A DNA stretch of 64,000 nucleotides, taken from assembly GCF_964355755.1 (NCBI RefSeq), contig NC_092672.1:5704001-5768000 (forward strand), given 5' to 3'. The DNA comes from Antedon mediterranea (Eukaryota > Animalia > Echinodermata). The notes beneath the pieces were generated by a model. That model worked only from the letters and a program-made list of their open reading frames with translations, did no database searches and was not told the DNA's origin. Positions within the stretch are counted from its first letter, which is position 1. The number at the start of each line of letters is the position of its first letter. Of the stretch, positions 14,601 to 23,230 are shown piece by piece. The translations under genes and the position numbers were made by a program.

Positions 14601-17600
14601 ATGGCTAACTACTCTAGTAGCTAGATCAACTTTCGTATGCACTTTGAGGTCCAGAGAATTTGACTTCAGAAATTGGTTTAGGGTGGTCAAACAATCATTT
14701 TTGGCTTGGTTACACATTTTGAAAATGTGGCGAAAGGTCAAAAGGTCAGGGTGAAAGGTCATAAGACCAAACACCAATATGTCCTTAAATCTCAACAACC
14801 ACTGGTCACAGCGAAGTAATTTTGGTCTCAAATTGATCAGAAGGTATACATTTGTATTCAGTCTAATGGGACATTTTAGTTTAAAATGACCGGAAATGCC
14901 ATTTCTGACCTTTGACCCACAACCCAGGGCATGTATTTATCTCCGTAACTACTGGTCGTAGACACTTGAATTTGGTTTTAAATTGTTCGAAATATATATT
15001 TTGTTATTTGAAAAACATTTTTCAAAATGTTACAAAAGGTCAAAGGGTCAGGGTCAAGGGTTATATAAACAAATAAATAAAGGTACTTGTATCTCGGCAA
15101 CCACTGGTCGCAGCAAGTCAATTTTGGTCTTAAAATGTTCAGAAGGCATGCATTTATATTCCGTCTAATGGGGCATTTTAGTAAAAAATAATCAGAAATG
15201 CCATTTCTGACCTTTGACCCACATACCAGGGCATCTTCATATCTCTGTAAGTACTGGTCGTAGAAACTTAAATTTGGTATCAAATTGTTCGAAATATACA
15301 TATTTACATTCATTGTAATAGAAAATGTGGTTAAAAGATGAACAGAAAATACTATTACCAATGTTTCAAACAAAAAACATGTCTCTACACAACTTATCCT
15401 TAGACAGTAATGTTATGCAATATGATACTTTAAATTGTTTCAATTTCAAGTAGGCCTACTAGTTATTGCTGTCCACGAGAACATTTTGATATAAACGTCA
15501 AGCTCAACAGTTCTTTTCAGAATGCTAGAAGTAACTTGCCATGTGTATCCGATTAAACGCCCCGGGCATTTATTGTTCAAAAGGGTTTTTAGGGGGAGGG
15601 GAGGCATCTTTATTTGGGGTATAATATGGTAACATGTATAATCAAATAAATACCACCTAGATGTAAAAAAATACAGCACAATTAATATAAAAAAATAACA
15701 TTATGTCAAAATGCTTGGTAAATTGTAGATTATGGTAATTAATGAAATGTGTTGTGATACAATTATTTTGTAAATGCATGTGGCATTCCACATGATGTTC
15801 TATTGGAGGGAATGGAGGCTTTTATTCAAAGCGGGTGTTAATTCGAATAAATACTCGAGCTCAACAGTTAAGAATGCTAGAAGTAACTTACTATAGTTAC
15901 CCGAATAAAAGGTCGGGGCATTTAGTTATTCAGGGAAGGCGTTTATTTTGTTTGGGTGTAATAATGGTAACATGTATAATCAAATAAATACACCCCAGAT
16001 AAAAAAAAAATTAATATAATAAGAATAATAACTGGAATAAACCTCATTCTATCCTGTTGCAAGTACAATCATGTAATAAAAGGTATCACAGACAACTAAT
16101 AGACCAATTCATTGTCATTATTCCGTAACACTGTTGCATAATATTTTTGAATGTTACCGACAAAACTTATACATAATATGTATAAGTTTTGTCGGTGTAT
16201 ATTATACACGTCTGTTCCCAGTGTAGATAATAAAACAATATATGTTTCTGGAGATTTATTATCAATACTACTATTGACATGTTTTAGGTACTGAATTCAT
16301 TGAAAATAAAAGCATCAGAAGTTATCATGATAAAATCATACTACAACACTGTACTACAGTACACAAGGGTGTTTTCAGGAAAGCTGGACATATTGTACAA
16401 TAGTAATGAAGCTATGTATTGGCATTTAAAAATATGCAAAAGATTGTTGTCAAATTGTAGTCACAAACAAACAGATGATAGAATGAAGATCCATTATGAG
16501 TGCAATTGTGTCAGGATAATGATATGTCATTGTTTTATATCATTATACTGGCACCTGGAAGAGAAGATCCATTTAATGTTATCTATGACAGTGTCACTTT
16601 TATTCTAAAAGACAGAAACATTTCGTTAAAAAGCATAAAGAAGAAAACGAATCATGTAAAGTACCTTTTATCAGTTGAGAAACGAATTATAATTATTAAA
16701 ATTAGAGTATTTATTCGAATTAACACCCGCTTTGAATAAAAGCCTCTCGCAAATAAACGCCACCATTCCCTCTAATAGAACACCATGTGGAATACACCCG
16801 CCACATGCATTTACACAATAATTGTATCACAACACATTACATTAACTACCATAATCTACAATTTACCAAGCATTTTGTTCACTTTTTGATATTAATTGTG
16901 CTGTATTTTTGTTTACATCTAGGTGGTATTTATTTGATTATACATATTACCATATTATACCACAAATAAAGATGCCTCCCCTGCCCCTAAAAACCCCTTT
17001 GAACAATAAATGCCCGGGGAGTTTAATCGGATACACTTGGCAAGTTACTTCTAGCATTCTGAAAAGAACTGTTGAGCTTGACGTTTCTATCAAAATGTTC
17101 TTGGGGACAGCAATAACTAGTACTTGAAATTGAAACAATTTAAAGTATCAGTTATTGCATAACATTACTGTCTAAGGATAAGTTATGTAGAGATATGTTT
17201 TTTGTTAGAAACATTAGTAATAGTATTTCTGTTCATCTTTTAACCACATTTTCTATTACAATGAATGTAAATATGTATATTTCGAACAATTTGATACCAA
17301 ATTTAAGTTTCTACGACCAGTACTTACAGAGATATGAAGATGCCATGATATGTGAGTCAAAGGTCAGAAATGGCATTTCTGATAATTTTTGACTAAAATG
17401 TCCCATTAGATTGAATATGAAAGCATGCCTTCTGAACATTTTGAGACTAAAATTGACTTGCTGCGACGAGTGGTTGCCGAGATACAAGTATCTATTTTTA
17501 TTTGTTCATATAACCTTTGACCTTGACTCTTTGACTTTTTGTAACATTTTTAAAAATGTGCTACAAATAATAAATATTTATTTCAAACAATTTAAGACCA

Positions 17601-20600
17601 AATTTAAGTGTCTACGATCAGTAGTTACGGAGATACATACATGCCCTGAGGTGTGGGTCAAAGGTCAGAAATGGCATTTCCGGTCATTTTTGACTAAAAT
17701 GTCTCATTAGACTGAATATAAATGTATACCTTCTGATCAATTTGAGACCAAAATTACTTCGCTGTGACCAGTGGTTGTTGAGATTTAAGGACATATTGGT
17801 GTTTTGTTTTATGACCTTTCACCCTGACCTTTTGACCTTTCGCCACATTTTCAAAATGTGTAACCAAGCCAAAAATGATTGTTTGACCACCCTAAACCAA
17901 TTTCTGAAGTCAAATTCTCTGGACCTCAAAGTGCATACGAAAGTTGATCTAGCTACTAGAGTAAACATAGAATTTGAACATTTTTTATTAGATTTATGTC
18001 CAATGGATTACTGTCAAAATGGAGGTACCTGTTTTACATCTGGAACTGAATATAGATGTACATGTACTGCTGGATATGAAGGAGATACATGTGAAATGGG
18101 TATGTAATCATATGTCTCATCATCAACATATCACCATCACTATTTCCAGTATCAACATGACAACAATTATCACCATATCATCACCAATACCATCTTCCAT
18201 CATCATCCTTAATTTCCTCAATATCATTGAAATCATCAACCTCACCATCAACAACATCACCACCATCATAATGACCAACATCATCTAGACTAACATCAAT
18301 CTCACCATCTTTATGGCAAACACCATCCTAACTGCAATCAATTTCACCATATTATAATTGCCAACATCAACCTAACTGCCATCAACCTCACCATATCATA
18401 ATTGCCAACATCATCCTAACTGCCATCAACCTCACCATATCATAATTGCTAACATCAACCTAACTGCCATCAACCTCTCCATCATAATCGCAACATCATC
18501 CTTCTGATCAGGATGGTAATATTGTCAACATCATCCTTCTTACTATTATCATCCTTTAAGTTACAATTTGTCAACTGAATTTTATTTATTTTAAATACAC
18601 AGAAATTGATAAATGTGATTCTGAACCATGCCGAAATAGTGGGACATGCATGACTAATGCTGATGGCAGTATCAGTTGTATATGTGCAGCTGGTTTTTCT
18701 GGAACATTCTGTGAGAAGGGTAAGAAAATAATAAGCAATAAATGCTGCAACATGCAGTGACTGTGAAAGGAAAGCTAAATAAGGCCTCATGTTTTCTTCC
18801 TATTTAATCAATTAATCTTAAGAGGTGTACATAAAAAGTTCCATCAATCTACCACTGAAACCTGATATTGATTTTGATTGAAATTGGGTAGCGAGGTCCA
18901 AAATAACTACATCTTTGCATACACATACAATATGTAAAATTTACACTTTTATCAAGTGTTTAAAAAGACAGATACTAATTATTAACTGTACTAAATGTTT
19001 AATATTGACATTAGGTACTTGTCAGGATGACACATGTAAAAATGGAGGAACCTGTTCAGACACTGATGAAATTTCTTGTGCCTGCCCAACTGGCTTTGCT
19101 GGTTTTGATTGCTCTGAAGGTGAGTTTATACCATACAATACCTAATATTACAATACACCCTACTGTAGGTACATTAATCCAACAAAAATTATAAGAGAAT
19201 AATAAATTCTATTTAATCTGTGAATAGTATTATCACTGAATTCATGATTAATTTAATTTCTTGATTATTCAGAAATTGATCACTGTTCAACCAATCCATG
19301 TAAGAATGGTGGTACTTGTGTCACCAATCTCGGTGGTTTTTCTTGTCTGTGCGGTGATGATTGGGCAGGTTCAACATGTACAGAACCAACTGGTAGGCTC
19401 TGTTCAATTACTTGAAACCTTCTATTGAATGTTCTTACAGTAGATCAATCAAATGCCATTTTTTGTATATCGGACAAATTTTGTTGCCTTCCCAGTGAGC
19501 AGAAGAGGTGATTCTGTACGATCTTTACATTTAATGCTCTCTCTCTGTATGCTATATAATGGACCCACTACCAACAGCTCAATGTCCCATTTGAAGGACG
19601 AGGGAATGAAAGTAACAAAGCTTGTTTCTTGATTGAATTATCCAATGTCTTTTCATGTATGAGAATGGTGTACTATACAGTAAATATTGTTCTTGTTTAT
19701 TTTCAGTTCATTGTAATTCTAACCCTTGTCAAAATGATGGTTTCTGTATGTCAGATCTCAATAGATATTATTGCTCATGCCAACTCCCATGGTTTGGAGA
19801 CAATTGCCAATTAAGAGGTTAGAAAAACATTTGATAATTTTGTTGTCAATCCTGGAACGATAGCACTCAACATTTCCAAAAACTATTTACAGGCTGCCAA
19901 CCATTGCTATTAAATCATAAAATTAAACAACAATTAAACAAAATATGTTACTTAGCACATTGTAATTAATAGTCATTATAGTCTCATATACTTTATAGTA
20001 GGTAAAATAAGAATACATCAAACAAATTATATTAAGTGAATTTATTTAATTTCCATTTGTCCAGGAATATTGCCATGTGATAGCAATCCTTGTCAAAATG
20101 GAGGAACTTGTGTTGCGAGTGAAGATATGTCATCATACTTATGCTCATGTAAAGACGGATACATTGATAAAAATTGTGATGGTAGGTATTCCAATTTACT
20201 TTACTTATATGACAAAAAAAATGGTGTGTGTCCATATATGGACATGATGATGTCATATCACTACCATATTTCGTAATATCACTAACATATTTCGAAATAT
20301 CACTACCATATTTGGGCACATCATACTTTTTTGTGAAACTAGTTTGATAGTGTAGACAGAGTTTTAAGCATGGTTTTCCAACTTATAGAGTATTGTTTAG
20401 GTGGCAAGATATGTATACATTACAACCTTAGGTGGTAAACAATTATCATTTAGATTGTCTGATTTCTACAACATGTCAGCATTATTTACAACTGGTAAAG
20501 ATAACAAATTACAATAACTTTTTTCTTTTTTCTAGTTAATTCTCAGCAATCTAGTACTCTGGATGACCTTCCTATTGACATCTGGTGGTTGGTTCTAATC

Positions 20601-20696
20601 GGTTTGATAGTCATTCTAATTATTCTCTTTATTGTGGTAGCATTATGTGTATGTGGCAATGATCGTGAGGAGGCGGTGTATAAAAAATCTCCATAG
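807..20696 (+). CDS. Reeler domain + 27 EGF repeats + single TM membrane protein (5'-partial, 30 exons in window)
   Basis: Exons join in frame through AG/GT sites (one GC donor). All EGF exons are phase 1-1, have lengths divisible by 3 and carry 6 Cys. The last exon encodes a hydrophobic helix and stop. Confidence 0.9.
1080..2728. mobile_element. Non-autonomous hAT-like element, 16-bp TIRs, 5-bp flanking duplication
   Basis: CAGGGCCGTAACCAGG ... CCTGGTTACGGGCCTG (1 mismatch); TACAG on both sides. Confidence 0.75.
1749..2604 (+). mobile_element. Non-autonomous PIF/Harbinger element with Myb/SANT remnant, nested in the hAT-like element
   Basis: TIR GGGCCTGTTTCTAT...ATAGAAACAGGCCC with TTA/TTC flanks; peptide KDHNNVSGNNSPFYDEMDAI resembles Harbinger Myb/SANT-like proteins. 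Confidence 0.75.
2806..2913. repeat. 26-bp tandem repeat x4
   Basis: CCATGGGCTATACCCACATGGCAGAA. Confidence 0.9.
3699..3899. mobile_element. MITE (Harbinger-like); a related fragment lies at ~44810-44940
   Basis: ACGCAACGCAAGGA ... TCCTTGCGTTGCGT inverted subterminal repeats. Confidence 0.65.
4108..4172 (+). CDS. Reeler domain C-terminal exon
   Basis: tttacag|...G|gtaagt; completes IEFV-ATIAVSREIYYVNIKSAVVSS; phases 2 and 1 fit both neighbours. Confidence 0.85.
4706..4825 (+). CDS. EGF exon 1 (type A)
   Basis: CQPNPCQNDGLCLQSSSSSASFFCQCPSGTSGSLCE; AG/GT. Confidence 0.9.
5144..5266 (+). CDS. EGF exon 2
   Basis: CMPNPCYNQGVCLQSSTQPYTYICLCAVGYSGTNCD; AG/GT. Confidence 0.87.
5374..5516. mobile_element. 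MITE family 1 copy (Harbinger/Tourist-like)
   Basis: Shares the core ATGACATCAT..GTCCATATATGGGCACATCAC and end AGTTTGATAGTGTAGA with at least 7 other copies in the window. Confidence 0.8.
6187..6309 (+). CDS. EGF exon 3 (type A)
   Basis: CQPNPCQNGGLCLQSSSSSASFFCQCPSGTSGSLCE; AG/GT. Confidence 0.9.
6455..6577 (+). CDS. EGF exon 4 (type B)
   Basis: CSNNPCVNGGICFQGTTSNSYFCQCASGYSGTNCE; AG/GT. Confidence 0.9.
6960..7079 (+). CDS. EGF exon 5 (type B)
   Basis: CSNNPCVNGGVCFQGTTSNTYICQCASGYSGTNCE; AG/GT. Confidence 0.9.
7311..7427 (+). CDS. EGF exon 6 (type A)
   Basis: CQPSPCQNGGLCLQSSSSFFCQCPSGTSGSLCEE; AG/GT. Confidence 0.9.
7701..7817 (+). CDS. EGF exon 7 (type A)
   Basis: CQPNPCQNGGLCLQSTSASFLCQCPSGTSGSLCE; AG/GT. 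Confidence 0.9.
7935..8054 (+). CDS. EGF exon 8 (type B)
   Basis: CSNNPCVNGGVCFQGTTSNSYFCQCPSAYSGTNCE; AG/GT. Confidence 0.9.
8620..8742 (+). CDS. EGF exon 9
   Basis: CNSNPCGNNGNCLESMTSSTFICQCHDGFVGTQC; AG/GT. Confidence 0.9.
9041..9163 (+). CDS. EGF exon 10
   Basis: CSPNPCENGGTCENDGFSLDYNCICPLTHIGRNC; AG/GT. Confidence 0.9.
9321..9440 (+). CDS. EGF exon 11
   Basis: CLSNPCYNGGTCTESTNPATYTCACPESYLGDRC; AG/GT. Confidence 0.9.
9714..9833 (+). CDS. EGF exon 12
   Basis: CSSSPCQNGGTCAYIGNQDYSCTCTDNYEGNNC; AG/GT. Confidence 0.9.
9989..10435 (+). mobile_element. Composite SINE: 5S rRNA-derived head + tRNA-like segment + Deu/Nin-like core
   Basis: 9989-10106 follows 5S rRNA (TACGGCCATA, CTCGTCAGATC, GAAGTTAAGCA, TGGATGGGAGACCG, GGGTGCTGTA); then TGGTGTAATGG..GGTTTCGAG; then GTCCTTCGGATGGGATGTAAAGCCG..AAGAGTAGGG..CCCGGTGT. 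Confidence 0.8.
10786..10902 (+). CDS. EGF exon 13
   Basis: CSSNPCQNGACTQSDMDQFTYLCECNEGFEGENC; AG/GT. Confidence 0.9.
11224..11349 (+). CDS. EGF exon 14
   Basis: CFNNACKNNATCQVHTDPGLNGYSCICKSGYSGTYC; AG/GT. Confidence 0.9.
   Translation: MNASTMPVKTMQHVKYILTQVLMVIAVYVNQATLEHIVNLQ
11697..11810 (+). CDS. EGF exon 15
   Basis: CANNPCENGGFCTLINNAHNCDCKPEYAGVNC; AG/GT. Confidence 0.9.
12050..12184. mobile_element. Degenerate pogo-like MITE; related pieces at ~14400-14545 and ~35660-35836
   Basis: TAGAACCCC..GGGACAC and GTGTCCCYT motifs shared among the three loci. Confidence 0.55.
12319..12441 (+). CDS. EGF exon 16
   Basis: CASLMPCFNGGTCFNSHSNPGTYVCACATGFSGTLC; AG/GT. Confidence 0.9.
12591..12710 (+). 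CDS. EGF exon 17
   Basis: CPDDYCSNGGICSTNSEGIYTCACLTNFFGDRC; AG/GT. Confidence 0.9.
13117..13230 (+). CDS. EGF exon 18
   Basis: CPELYCLNSGTCSVDDNAQYVCNCMSSYVGDRC; AG/GT. Confidence 0.9.
13493..13588 (+). CDS. EGF exon 19
   Basis: CDLTCNNGGQCIVESMCSCEPGYEGSTC; AG/GT. Confidence 0.9.
13836..13973 (+). CDS. EGF exon 20
   Basis: STTGTEAPGLQCPANYCENGGACSIVDNTYECSCTSGFEGKLC; AG/GT. Confidence 0.88.
14118..14222 (+). CDS. EGF exon 21 (GC donor)
   Basis: CNRECQNGGICSVKSGESECYCPEGYTGQFCEN; donor G|GCAAGT gives a 105-nt phase 1-1 exon. Confidence 0.85.
14612..17961. mobile_element. Foldback-like non-autonomous DNA transposon with ~1.25-kb inverted arms, TA flanks
   Basis: Begins CTCTAGTAGCTAGATCAACTTTCGTATGCAC and ends with its reverse complement; TA on both sides; mirrored ORFs in the ORF track on opposite strands confirm the long IR. 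Confidence 0.9.
17992..18099 (+). CDS. EGF exon 22
   Basis: CPMDYCQNGGTCFTSGTEYRCTCTAGYEGDTC; AG/GT. Confidence 0.9.
18115..18550. repeat. (CAT/CAC)-rich low-complexity tract with ~44-bp tandem unit
   Basis: CCATCAACCTCACCATATCATAATTGCCAACATCAACCTAACTG repeated 3-4 times. Confidence 0.85.
18603..18719 (+). CDS. EGF exon 23 (Ca-binding-like start EIDKC)
   Basis: EIDKCDSEPCRNSGTCMTNADGSISCICAAGFSGTFC; AG/GT. Confidence 0.9.
19015..19119 (+). CDS. EGF exon 24
   Basis: CQDDTCKNGGTCSDTDEISCACPTGFAGFDC; AG/GT. Confidence 0.9.
19273..19392 (+). CDS. EGF exon 25 (Ca-binding-like)
   Basis: EIDHCSTNPCKNGGTCVTNLGGFSCLCGDDWAGSTC; AG/GT. Confidence 0.9.
19707..19817 (+). CDS. EGF exon 26
   Basis: CNSNPCQNDGFCMSDLNRYYCSCQLPWFGDNC; AG/GT. 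Confidence 0.9.
20065..20181 (+). CDS. EGF exon 27
   Basis: CDSNPCQNGGTCVASEDMSSYLCSCKDGYIDKNC; AG/GT. Confidence 0.9.
20195..20365. mobile_element. MITE family 1 copy
   Basis: Same core; ends AGTTTGATAGTGTAGACAGAG. Confidence 0.8.
20536..20696 (+). CDS. Terminal exon: TM helix and short cytoplasmic tail
   Basis: ttttctag| NSQQSSTLDDLPIDIWWLVLIGLIVILIILFIVVALCVCGNDREEAVYKKSP*(TAG). Confidence 0.85.
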
Positions 20697-20808
20697 GAGA
20701 AAGAGACCACCGTTTTATAAGGAAAATTGAGTCCCTTTTAAACAATGTCTCCCCATCTCAGAACAACAATCTCAAGCTCTGACTAGTGATTTACAAAATT
20801 TTATATCA

Positions 20809-20856
20809 AAATAAATAAATAAAAATCATCGCCTACTGTAGTCTATTTACAATAAA
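20809..20856 (+). terminator. Candidate polyadenylation signals of the EGF gene
   Basis: Overlapping AATAAA hexamers about 115-160 nt after the stop; the region is AT-rich, so specificity is low. Confidence 0.4.
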
Positions 20857-22997
20857 TATTTCGAGCAGTTACTTATAACTACATACAAAAAGTGAGGCTC
20901 ATATGGAAACCCCTCTACCTTTTTAGAGACATGGTAAATGAAAACATACTATATTACGGAAATATCTTTTTACGCTATTATATTTTTAACTATACAGTAC
21001 TTTAAAATAGGTTTCTTATGATTATGGTATTCATTTTTAAACAATTAATACCAAAATATTAGTGCCATTTACTGAACAAATAACTGTTTTGGATAAACTC
21101 GTAATTATTGTAAATATTAAAAATGTGATTTCTTTACAACTGTAACAGATTTTATACTCATTTCTGGGGTACCATCATAGTGAAGTCAATTGGTAAACAA
21201 TGTGAAAATCAAATATTTTAACTGTAAATAAATGTTTTGAAAATATGATTTTTTTTTTTTCTATAAAAGTAGAAATAAGAATAACCATATTTGTTTATTA
21301 TAACAAAACAGGACAGGTACTGTACCAATTTTTATTTGTAATAGCAAAACTAAATTTAGCCTTTAATCTTTGTCCAAAAAAATGCAAATATATGATTCTT
21401 AATATGGTATCAAGGGGTTAGTAGTTTACTGCAGATTATGACTACAAGTCTAGAAATGATCTCAGGCTTCTAAATATGGCATGGTCATGAAAAGCTATTT
21501 TGAACTGAAGGATATATGGATAGTTAATATGTTTTAAACTTGAGAAAATGTTCAACTCAACTCTTCATAGAAAAAAAATATTTAAAAAAAAAATTTAAAT
21601 TTGACATACAGATTCATTTTCTGTATGTGCGCAATAATAATCATAATTAGCTTAAATTTTATTTACTGTTCACTAAATTATCTTTATGCTTTTATCTATA
21701 GATTTTTTTGTTATGAGTTAAAAATTGTTTGATACAATTATGAATATAAATTGAATAATAATTTATAATTTGCAACTTTATCTAGAATTTTATAAAAGAG
21801 TTAAAAACATATTTTATGGGAAAAAACTCAAAATGTTCTTGTGTTATATATTACTGAAGGTTTTTAGAATAAAGAAAAAGGAAAACTTTACTTGTTTACT
21901 TATTTGTACTAAGATAAGATTTTAAAACAAAAATATAAATGATGTAATGAACACCAACCATCATCTGTACCATGAATACTTGTTATTACTATTATTATTT
22001 TGTTGTGTCGACTACACTGTTTTTAATGTTACAGTATAATAGGCAACTTTAGGGTACTTACCATTATAATGTATTCCACAACTGTATGCATGTTGCAGTT
22101 AGCAAATATAATTCCCTTAAATTTATTATATCCAAAGGCTGGTACACAAAGGTCTATTTTCCTACATCCACTTTATTGATATTCATTATTGATTTTTATT
22201 GAGTGAAAAAGTAAAATAATCCTGTTGGCACTGCAAAAAAGAAGTTGAAGAAAATGGTGAAAATAATAAATGTAATACTTTTTGCAGTTTGTAGAAAAGA
22301 TGAAAAAGTTACTGGTTTCCAATAATAAAAGTATATTATGATGGGTGTGAAAACCTCTTCCTTTTTAACCTTTCATTCTTGAAGACAATGGTTACCAAAT
22401 ACAATCAAAACCAGACTGCAATGGTGTTTAATAGTTCACAACAGGTACATATTTTTATAAGTTGTCACATAAAAATGCAATAATAACATTGAATTAAAAA
22501 AGATCAAGTAACATTTTGAAAAGGTGTTATAGTTATAGGCAGTGTACTAAAGTGCATATGATCCCCACTGCTATTGTTATTACCTACCTGTAAGGCCGTG
22601 CAAGGCTGCTAAGCCTAAGCTAGCTAGGCAGCCTATAACTTTGCCTAGCCTAGGCTAGGTTAGATGACACTTGTAAGTAAGAAGGGTGGTGAGTATGTAA
22701 GTACAGTAGTTAGATTGCTGGAGCTAAGTTTGGCAGCAGCTAAAATGAAAACTTGGGCTACTGCCGCTTCAACAGTATTATAGGTCCCTAGTAGATTACT
22801 ATAGGCCTAGCAGTTAGCTAGGTAACCTGGGCCCTAGCATAGACCTAGAACTTGAAAATAAGTAGGCCTAGGCCCATGTTGGAGAGGGGGGCTAAAACAT
22901 ATGTTATAATGTTGCTTTTTATTATAAGCCTAATGGATTGTAGGCCTAATACTATTTAGTTTTCGACGGTATTATTATAAATAGACTAGCTTCTTAC

Positions 22998-23230
22998 CTT
23001 CGTTAGGCAGCCATAGCCTCACGATCTTTGACTTCTCTTCAGTTTGCCCGCTCAAAAAAGATCGTCGTCTGACACGTGTTCCAATCCGATCGGCGTCTTG
23101 AAAAGAAAATTATAAACCCGTCACACACAGATATATTGGTTGGAGGGAAGTTTCTGATGAAAAGACGTCATCTCGTAACCATACGTTATTGGTCACACAT
23201 CGGTAAATATTAACGCAATACACAAACAAC
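22998..23230 (-). promoter_or_regulatory. Putative promoter and first exon of an unidentified minus-strand transcript
   Basis: Local CpG enrichment, CCAAT/ATTGG boxes, CACGTG, GACGTCA, strong donor AAG|GTAAGA at 22998/22997. Confidence 0.45.

Noticed and set aside
14583-18000. Paired ORFs such as MRPKLLRCDQW.. and FTSRWYLFDY.. as duplicated genes
   Set aside because: They are mirror images produced by the inverted arms of the foldback element, with no domain similarity.
4706-20696. Notch, Delta/Jagged or Crumbs identity for the EGF gene
   Set aside because: No LNR, ankyrin, DSL or LamG domains; it has a Reeler domain and a very short tail.
20676-20696. 21-nt GT..AG intron that would remove the TAG stop in frame
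   Set aside because: Far below normal metazoan minimum intron length and a poor donor (GTGTAT).
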